Assembly: GCF_006345805.1 (NCBI RefSeq) | Contig: NW_021828859.1 | Coordinates: forward strand, 1 to 7,562 | Length of the DNA: 7,562 nucleotides | Reading direction: 5' to 3' | Origin: Octopus sinensis | Taxonomy: Eukaryota | Shown here: piece after piece, positions 1-7,063 of the stretch | How positions within the stretch are numbered: the first letter of the stretch is position 1 | How the letters are laid out: every line of letters begins with the position of its first letter | Position numbers and translations under genes: made by a program | Notes under the pieces: model-generated | Seen by the model: the letters and a program-made list of their open reading frames with translations, nothing else | Told to the model about the DNA's origin: nothing | Databases searched by the model: none

Positions 1-247
1 AAGTAGCACCCCACCCACAAGGAAGTGTGTATGTACACACACAAATACATACACACACACATACAATGGTTAAAGCGCTAGAGATGTGTCTGCAAATTGA
101 CAACGGGCAGCAATCGACAGACATAGTGTATTATACCCTTTTCATTATTACAAGAAAAAATATTTTGTCCATGTTTAACTGTTGTGAAATTGCCTTTATA
201 TGTTGAAGAATGTCACAAACATATCTAAACTAACCAAAACTTCGCAT

Positions 248-373
248 GCATGCATATATATATACATACATATATATATATATATATATATGATGTATGT
301 ATGTATGTATGTATGTGTATGTATGTAGTATATAATATATTATATATATATAATATAACATACATATATATAC

Positions 374-408
<35 letters not shown>

Positions 409-433
409 TTAATATAATATATATATATATATA

Positions 434-469
<36 letters not shown>
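248..469. repeat. Compound (TA)n/(TATG)n microsatellite
   Basis: Read directly from the sequence. Confidence 0.97.
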
Positions 470-470
<1 letters not shown>

Positions 471-672
471 TCCAAGGAATCTAATGCGCTTGGCTTAGAT
501 TTTCCTTTGGGGCTGGCCAGATCGGAGCAATCTCAAGATTAATCAGCCGAAATTGCGAAGATGATCCGGTTCTTGATTGAAGATTGAAGGCTTCGAATGT
601 CACGTCCGTGTTTTTTGTATCGTCTTCTAAATGTTTTACGTTCTTGTCCCAGTTTGTATTTTTTTACATTTA
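470..672 (+). repeat. Direct repeat copy 1 (TTCCAAGGAATCTAATGCGC...GTTTGTATTTTTTTACATTTA)
   Basis: Direct alignment to 1216-1416, about 96% identical. Confidence 0.97.
527..592 (+). ncRNA. Candidate non-canonically permuted hammerhead ribozyme, copy 1 (degenerate: C3>U)
   Basis: GCAAU-C (527-532) pairs with GAAA-UUGC (549-556) as stem III with an AUC cleavage triplet. UCAAGA (533-538) pairs with UCUUGA (571-576) as stem I, which is directly followed by (U)UGAAGA (577-583), matching CUGANGA except at C3. Stem II is imperfect: AGCC 545-548 with GGCU 589-592 leaves a 5-nt insertion. Confidence 0.4.
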
Positions 673-761
673 CATATATATATATAAGCGTCGACGTACC
701 CTTTTGGATCCTATACGTAAGTATATATTCTTTAACACATGGTACGACTCTACAACACTGT

Positions 762-912
762 CTCTCTCCCCCCTCTCCTACATTTCTCTGCCTTTCACAC
801 TTTGCACTCCACTTGATCTGTCTCTTTCTCTCTCTCTCTCATCTCCTCCTCCTTTGTTCCTTGTTCCCCTTCTTTCTCTCTTCATCTGTCCCTCTTTTCC
901 TCTCTCTTTCCC
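762..912. repeat. CT-rich polypyrimidine low-complexity tract
   Basis: Almost purely C/T, with (CT)n and (CCT)n runs. Confidence 0.9.
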
Positions 913-1087
913 TCACGTGACTAGCCACCGATTACTGGCCTTTCGTGTCCAGCAGCCGTTGCGGCAAGACACACTTTTTTGTTTCTCTGTAGCCCTAAGG
1001 CTTTCTTCTAACGCCAGCTCAAAAATTTACTCGTCCTGTCGAAAAGACGCTTGTCTGTGACGTCCTGTTTTTGTTGTTATTATTATT

Positions 1088-1164
1088 ATCATTATTGTTT
1101 TTACGTATTTTTGTATTCTTATTCGTGCTATCATTTTGTTTACGTATTTTGTATTCTTATTCGT
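1088..1164. repeat. Short tandem duplication, ~35-39 bp unit
   Basis: ATCATTATTGTTTTTACGTATTTTTGTATTCTTATTCGT (1088-1126) and ATCATTTTGTTTACGTATTTTGTATTCTTATTCGT (1130-1164). Confidence 0.9.
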
Positions 1165-1215
1165 TGTAACATCGTCCGTTTTTCTGTCCTTGTTTGTATA
1201 TATTCAAGAGCTTTC

Positions 1216-1411
1216 TTCCAAGGAATCTAATGCGCTTGGCTTAGATTTTCCTTTGGGGCTGGCCAGATCGGTGCAATCTCAAGATTAATCAGCCGAAAAT
1301 GCGAAGATGATCCGGTTCTTGAATGAAGATTGAAGCTTCGAATGTCCGTCCGTGTTTTTTGTATCGTCTTCTAAATGTTTCACGTTCTCGTCCCAGTTTG
1401 TATTCTTTTAC

Positions 1412-1416
<5 letters not shown>
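1216..1416 (+). repeat. Direct repeat copy 2
   Basis: Direct alignment to 470-672, offset 746 bp. Confidence 0.97.
1273..1338 (+). ncRNA. Candidate permuted hammerhead, copy 2 (degenerate: C3>A and a stem III mismatch)
   Basis: GCAATC 1273-1278, TCAAGA 1279-1284, GAAA-ATGC 1295-1302, TCTTGA 1317-1322, ATGAAGA 1323-1329. Confidence 0.3.
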
Positions 1417-1482
<66 letters not shown>

Positions 1483-1531
1483 GTATATAATGTAAATATA
1501 TATATATGTATTTGTATATATATATACATAT
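1415..1531. repeat. (TA)n microsatellite, uninterrupted over 1415-1473 (about 29 units), then degenerate
   Basis: Read directly from the sequence. Confidence 0.97.
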
Positions 1532-1532
1532 A

Positions 1533-1679
1533 CTTTTACTCTTTTAATTGTTTCAGTTATTTGATTGTGGCCATGCTGGAGCACCGCTTTAGTCGAATAA
1601 ATCGACCCAGGGACCTATTTTTTGCAAGCCTAGTACTTTTTCTATCGCTCCCTTTTGCCGAAATGCTAAGTTACGGGGC
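1533..1679 (-). mobile_element. SINE family A, 5'-truncated and diverged copy (3' tail region only)
   Basis: CTTTTACTCTTTTAATTGTTTCAGTTATTTGATTGTGGCCATGCTGGAGCACCGCTTTAGTCGA...CTAAGTTACGGGG aligns with about 5940-6080 and 7075-7220. Confidence 0.9.
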
Positions 1680-1680
1680 C

Positions 1681-1804
1681 ATATATATATATATATATGT
1701 ATATGTATACACACACATACACATATAAACGCACACGAATACGTATGCTCACACACACACACCCACGCACAGGTATACATACATACATACATATATACAT
1801 ACAC
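1681..1804. repeat. Compound (TA)/(CA)/(TACA) microsatellite
   Basis: Read directly from the sequence. Confidence 0.92.
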
Positions 1805-1854
1805 GAATGCACAGATAATTACTTTCACAAATTTCTCTTTGTTATCCTTGAACT

Positions 1855-1928
1855 CCACTTTCTCTTCTCTTTTTCTCTTTTCTCTTCTTTCTCTTTTTCT
1901 ATTTCTTTCTCTTTTTCTTCTCTCTTTC
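1855..1928. repeat. CT-rich polypyrimidine tract
   Basis: TCTCTTCTCTTTTTCTCTTT... with almost no purines. Confidence 0.88.
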
Positions 1929-2097
1929 TAATTCCTTATTTCATTATTTTTCGTGAATCTCTCACGCTCAAACCTAACAGTGACCATGTTCGTTTAACAC
2001 ATAAAAACACAACTAATTTTGTCCCAAAGCATTTTCTATCCCAGCATAATGCCAGTGTCGTCCATATTCTTTTCTTTATTTTTACCCGTTTCCTGCT

Positions 2098-2139
2098 ACA
2101 CACACGTACACATTTTGATATATATATATATATAATATA

Positions 2140-2198
<59 letters not shown>

Positions 2199-2495
2199 TA
2201 TATATATATGTATATATATATGTATATGTATACATATATATCTGTATATATATATACATACATACATACATACACACACACACCACACACACACACACAT
2301 ATATATATATATTATATATATATATATATACATGCATACATATATATTATATACGTATATGTATATATATATATACAGATAAATATACACACACTATATA
2401 TTATATATATACATATATTATATATATGTTCACCCACATATATATATAAATGTATATGTATACGCGCATATGTATGTGTGCCTGTATATATACAA
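2098..2495. repeat. Long compound (TA)n/(CA)n/(TACA)n microsatellite
   Basis: Read directly from the sequence; source of the overlapping YI/HT ORFs. Confidence 0.97.
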
Positions 2496-2534
2496 CATGA
2501 GAGAAAAAGAAACATAGTAAGAAAAAGAGATCCC

Positions 2535-2810
2535 TACATAAGTATATATCTGTTTACGCACACATACACACACAAACATTCATACTCACACACATTCATG
2601 CATGCACACACACACACACTTATAGCAGCTTTCGGCAAGTACACTTTCGCTGTCATATATGCAGGTAAAAACATAACATACACTCCATTGAGGCAGATAG
2701 AAGCATACAGAGATACATATACACATATCGACAAATATGCACTCCTGCACATATGCACGCTTACACACGCACACAAACATATATACATATATATATACAC
2801 TTCCTACACA
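2535..2810. repeat. Degenerate CA/TACA-rich low-complexity region
   Basis: Repeated CACACA and CATA motifs interrupted by short unique stretches. Confidence 0.75.
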
Positions 2811-3316
2811 CTTCTACTAGTTAATGTCGACATAAATCGTGACTATTCGGGTCTCGACAGATTCAGATCAGCGGTCCACTAGAATGATTTACTTCAGAGA
2901 CATTTTGACAACAACGCCGACACAGGTGTTAACCGGCAAGTGATAAATGGAACTTTCTTTCTATGCTTGGCGCTGTTATTCAGGTTTCGCTGTGTTAGTA
3001 GTAAGTGACTAAAAGCACGTCTACGTTTGATGTAAATGTCAAATAGCTGTAAGAATCTGACAAAAAATCTTGTTCACTTTAACCTTGCAAACACTATATG
3101 ATTGTTCGCTTATTTTTTTTATTTTCTGTTATTTTGTTTCACCTTTGTTTTGTCCTTTTTATATGCATTTTAACAAACATTACCTTTTTGACGCGTTTTT
3201 TTTGTTCTTTTGTTTCTTCTTTATTTTCTTGCTTTTCAACACTAATTCTATTGTTTTTTAAAATTTTGTTCGGTATTGAATTTTATTTTTATTTTCGATA
3301 TATAGAATACATAGAA

Positions 3317-3362
3317 TATGTGTGTATGTGTGAGAATGTGTGAGAGTGTGTGTATGCCTCTC

Positions 3363-3397
<35 letters not shown>

Positions 3398-3458
3398 ATA
3401 TATATATATATATATAATATATATATATATACATATATATAAATACGTATACATACAG

Positions 3459-3499
<41 letters not shown>

Positions 3500-3590
3500 A
3501 TTATATATATATGCATATAAAGATACATATAATATATGTATATGTGATACATATTTATATATATGTATACACGCACACTGATATAATGTG

Positions 3591-3632
<42 letters not shown>

Positions 3633-3790
3633 TATATATACATATACATATATATATATAAATATATTCATATACAGATATATATACATATATATATACA
3701 CATATACATATATACATATATGCACACAACACACACATATATATATATTATATATATATATACATACACACACACACACACCCACACACA

Positions 3791-3859
<69 letters not shown>
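3317..3859. repeat. Compound microsatellite block (GT)-(CT)n-(TA)n-(CA)n-(TA)n-(GA)n
   Basis: (CT)n about 3364-3393, TA-rich 3397-3844 with CA runs, (AG)n 3844-3859. Confidence 0.97.
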
Positions 3860-4243
3860 CGATAGATTATGAGTTTAAACGCTGATTTGCTGGGGATAGC
3901 GCCCGGAAAGTTCCCGACACGATGCCAAGACGAGGCTAAACTAACTTTTCCCGAAGTGATCGAAAATGTCAAATACCGATATTTTGCCATTCTTTTTACA
4001 TGTGATACGCCACTGCACATCAGCATATATGACATGTATACACATGACATATATTCATAACTGGTAGTCGACCCTTAATTTTTACTATAGAATTTCGAGA
4101 GGTGACATGCTGCAACCAGAGCTATTATATCCGTTTGCATTTCTGAGCATATAGTTTCCTTCGGTTTCTCTCTGAGTTCTGTTACATCGATAATGGGAAT
4201 CGTCGCTGTGTTATGCAAGCTGTTAACTACAGGACAACCAGCC

Positions 4244-4398
4244 CGCACGCAAACGCACACACAAATACTCAAACACAAATACATAAAATCACACACTTAC
4301 ATACAAATACACACTCGCAAAAACGCGCAGACACACACACACACGCGTGCACACACGCTCATGCGTTTACACGCATACACGCATCCACAGAGACACAA
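4244..4398. repeat. Degenerate (CA)n/CGCA low-complexity tract
   Basis: Read directly from the sequence. Confidence 0.85.
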
Positions 4399-4625
4399 AT
4401 ACCTATTTCTTTATTAACCACAAGGGGCTAATCATAGAGGGGACAAACAAGGACAGACATAGGTATCAAGACGATTACATCGACTCCAGTGCATAACTGG
4501 TACTTAGTTTATCGACCTCGAAAGGATAAAAAGGTAAAGTCGACCTCGGCAGAATTTGAACTCAGAACGTAACGGCAGACGAGATACGGCTAGGCATTTC
4601 GCCCGGCGTGCTAACGGTTCTGCCA
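4399..4625 (-). mobile_element. tRNA-derived SINE family B, near full length
   Basis: The minus strand starts TGGCAGAACCGTTAG (A-box-like) and contains GAGTTCAAATTC (B-box-like). The central GAGGTCGACTTTACCTTTTTATCCTTTCGAGGTCGATAAACTAAGTACCAG resembles the Meta/MESC conserved SINE domain (from recall). It ends in an A-rich tail, AATAAAGAAATAGGTAT. Confidence 0.85.
4552..4625 (-). promoter_or_regulatory. Internal Pol III promoter of SINE B: A box 4615-4625, B box 4552-4563
   Basis: TGGCAGAACCG and GAGTTCAAATTC on the minus strand at tRNA-like spacing. Confidence 0.7.
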
Positions 4626-5146
4626 CAAATACCCACATATGATGGGTTCTACCGATCAGAAAGACGTATAAGCGTCCGTGATGTTCCATAAACTGAACAA
4701 CTTACGCATTGATTTTGAGGGTAATGTAGGATGAATAATCCACGGAAACATGTACCCATAATATATCTCTGATCTATTATGTGTGTAACACAACGTGACA
4801 AGGTGGGATTTTAGGAAAGCAAGCCCAATTCATATGACGGTGTTCTATACGGTTTATGCCTACCTAAATTCCCCCCCTCAAGACCTGAACTGTTCTCGAG
4901 GCTATGACAAAAGATTTTGCAATATATATGTATGACATACTTCTTGCCAGCCTTTACAAGTGTACATGTGTATATGCTGTATGAACATTTAATGTGGTTT
5001 TAGAGTGAAGTTTTGGCTGCTATATCTAGCATGGTGCTATCTTTTAGATACCCTTAATTATAATTTTAGATAATAATAATTATATATGAAGTTTTTTTCA
5101 TGCTCACCACCTGATATGATCGGCATTTAAATAATGATCTTATCCT

Positions 5147-5148
<2 letters not shown>

Positions 5149-5189
<41 letters not shown>

Positions 5190-5208
5190 TATATATATAT
5201 AATATATA
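5149..5208. repeat. (TA)n microsatellite
   Basis: Read directly from the sequence. Confidence 0.97.
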
Positions 5209-5343
5209 TTGGTAAACGTAAATAACAAAAAGAAAGAAAGAGACTTCAATATTATGTAAATAGAGGAAATTTATCTATACAATAATCTGTTACATTACTC
5301 GATAGTCAAGATAAAACTCTGAGTTTCAGATGCCTAAGTGGCT
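5209..5343 (-). mobile_element. Possible Penelope-type terminal-repeat remnant with the 3' half of a minimal hammerhead
   Basis: An island between (TA)n tracts. The minus strand reads GAAAC-TCAGA-GTT (5315-5327) around the near-perfect palindrome AAACTC-T-GAGTTT (5314-5326). No CUGANGA is present upstream. Confidence 0.3.
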
Positions 5344-5356
5344 ATTTGAACATATT

Positions 5357-5360
<4 letters not shown>

Positions 5361-5399
<39 letters not shown>

Positions 5400-5410
5400 A
5401 TATATATATA
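5361..5410. repeat. (TA)n microsatellite
   Basis: Read directly from the sequence. Confidence 0.97.
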
Positions 5411-5614
5411 AAAATTAAAATACTGAGGGTAGAAATTGATATCAATCAATTAACATCAATTTAAACCAGTGGTCTAGCATATTCGAAAAATCCGAAGATT
5501 TAAAATTTGTATTACAATTAATAAGAGGAATGAGCACTAAAGTGAAATTCTATACGCTAGAAATAGGCATCAAAACGCCTCTTACCACAAGAGTGTGTTC
5601 TCACACTTATTAAT

Positions 5615-5622
5615 TATATATG

Positions 5623-5668
<46 letters not shown>

Positions 5669-5680
5669 ATATACATATAT
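5615..5680. repeat. (TA)n/(TATG) microsatellite
   Basis: Read directly from the sequence. Confidence 0.95.
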
Positions 5681-5927
5681 CAAAAAGATGTTATAATACT
5701 ATTCTACAACCATGCCAACAATCCAACATACCTCTATCATCAGCTGCCCCACGGATACCATTATGGTTTCGATAATTTATATTCGTACATACACATATAT
5801 GACTAAAAATACAGATGGAGCTGATAGTGAAAGCAATGTAGAAACATATCACAGAACATGAAGTAGCTATATATGGGAGAACAATATTTATTTCTATGAT
5901 CGTTTGGTATTTTCAGTGTTAATTTAT

Positions 5928-6329
5928 TCTCTTTTTCTCTTTTACTTGTTTCAGCCATTTGACTGCGGTTATGCTGGAGCACCGCCTTTAATCGAGCAAC
6001 TCGACCCCGGGACTTATTCTTTGTAAGCCCGGTACTTATTCTATCGGTCTCTTTTTTGCTGAACAGCTAAGTGACGGGGACGTAAACACACCAGCATCGG
6101 TTGTCAAGTGATGCTAGGGGGACAAACACAGACACACAAACACACACATATATATATATACATATATACGACAGGCTTCTTTCAGTTTCCGTCTACCAAA
6201 TCCACTCACAAGGCATTGGTCGGCCCGGAGCTATAGCAGAAGACACTTGCCCAAGATGCCACGCAGTGGGACTGAACCCGGAACCATGTGGTTGGTTAGC
6301 AAGCTACTTACCACACAGCCACTCCTGCG
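5928..6329 (-). mobile_element. tRNA-derived SINE family A, essentially full length (octopus OK/OR-type, CORE-like central motif)
   Basis: Minus-strand head CGCAGGAGTGGCTGTGTGGTAAG...GGTTCAGTCCCACTGCG, then CTTGGGCAAGTGTCTT (similar to the CORE motif CTTGGGCAAGT), an internal (TA)/(GT) linker, and the tail ...GGTGCTCCAGCAT...GCAGTCAAATGGCTGAAACAAGTAAAAGAG. Roughly 90% identical by eye to 7064-7444. Confidence 0.93.
6268..6321 (-). promoter_or_regulatory. Internal Pol III promoter of SINE A: A box 6311-6321, B box 6268-6278
   Basis: TGGCTGTGTGG and GGTTCAGTCCC on the minus strand. Confidence 0.75.
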
Positions 6330-6605
6330 TATGAGAAACCGCAACTACCTGTCTTTCAAAATACACACTTTCCGATATCGTCTAAAACTAAAATTCCACA
6401 GTTGTATAAATTAACTCATCGAATCAGAAATTTACAAAGCGCTACCATTTTATCGTATTCAGAGTAGTTACACCTAAAGCTGCAATCATTGTTTGTAAAA
6501 ATGTGTAAAATATAATTTTCTCTACAACATAATTCCCTGTTCATGAGTTCCTCATTCAAGCAGAAAACACATCCGAATCTGTTTCTTTTTATTTGGTCTA
6601 ACCTT

Positions 6606-7063
6606 ACTCTCTCTCTTTACTCTTTTACATGTTTCAGTCATTTGACTGCGGCCATGCTGGAGCACTAGTTTCTGGGTATTTGCCCCTTATGAATGCAGAG
6701 CAGCCGAATCCAGCAGGCATCACTATATTTCTGGACTGTCATATTAGCTTGGAGATAACTCTCTCTCTTTTACTTTTTTACTTGTTTCAGTCATTTGACT
6801 GCGGCCATGCTGGAACACTAGTTTCTGGGTATTTGCCCCTTATGAATGCAGAGCAGCCGAATCCAGCAGGCGTCGCTATATTTCTGGACTGTCATATTAG
6901 CTTGGAGATAACTCTCTCTCTTTTACTCTTTTACTTGTTTCAGTCATTTGACTGCGGCCATGCTGGAGCACTAGTTTCTGGGTATTTGCCCCTTATGAAT
7001 GCTGAGCAGCCGAATCCAGCAGGCGTCGCTATATTTCTGGACTGTCATATTAGCTTGGAGATA
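6606..7063. repeat. Tandem array of 3 x 153-bp units, each a 60-61-bp SINE A 3' tail plus a 92-bp non-SINE segment X
   Basis: GTTTCAGTCATTTGACTG recurs at 6631, 6784, 6937 and 7090 (period 153). X lies at 6666-6757, 6819-6910 and 6972-7063. Units differ at only a few bases. Confidence 0.97.

Larger units (their letters stand above)
470..1416 (+). mobile_element. Non-autonomous element with ~200-bp terminal direct repeats; Penelope-like partial tandem / pseudo-LTR organisation
   Basis: 470-672 and 1216-1416 align with 8 differences by eye (6 substitutions, 2 single-base indels). Both copies run into (TA)n at their right end. The left copy starts abruptly out of (TA)n, while the right copy continues leftward into unique sequence (688-1215). 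This is the pattern of a truncated copy followed by a longer copy. There is no TG...CA, no PBS and no RT/GIY-YIG ORF, so the family assignment and strand are inferred. Confidence 0.55.

Noticed and set aside
577-606. Local canonical type I hammerhead reading TGAAGA-ttgaaggcttc-GAAT-gtcacGTC
   Set aside because: It has GAAT instead of GAAA, no stem III in register, and no stem I partner after GTC. The permuted pairing with 527-556 fits much better.
584-1060. 158-aa and 107-aa ORFs across the direct repeat and CT tract
   Set aside because: They are made of repeat, (TA)n and polypyrimidine sequence (YIYI, LSLS), with no domain motifs, and the frame is not preserved in repeat copy 2, which has indels.
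470-1416. True LTR retrotransposon or TRIM
   Set aside because: The repeats lack TG...CA termini, PBS, a properly placed PPT and a TSD, and the homology boundaries are asymmetric. Not fully excluded without a family alignment.
230-3885. Numerous overlapping [16 protein letters not shown] ORFs on both strands
   Set aside because: They are translations of dinucleotide microsatellites, which lack stop codons in most frames.
4075-4296. Minus-strand ORF containing IPIIDVTELRE (reminiscent of a 2OG-oxygenase N-terminus)
   Set aside because: Only a 5-residue resemblance. The ORF starts in a CA microsatellite and lacks any other family motif or clear splice sites.
5737-5743. CTGATGA on the minus strand (hammerhead box or C/D-box-like)
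   Set aside because: No downstream GAAA or stems and no partner box; an isolated 7-mer.
6255-6329. tRNA gene
   Set aside because: A and B boxes are present but there is no complete cloverleaf or acceptor stem, and the sequence continues into a SINE body that is repeated in the window. The same applies to 4550-4625.
6660-6735. Hammerhead-like words in X (plus-strand CTTATGA...GAAT; minus-strand GAAACTAGTG)
   Set aside because: The core bases are wrong (G5>U, GAAT, non-cleavable GUG triplet) and the stems cannot be formed.
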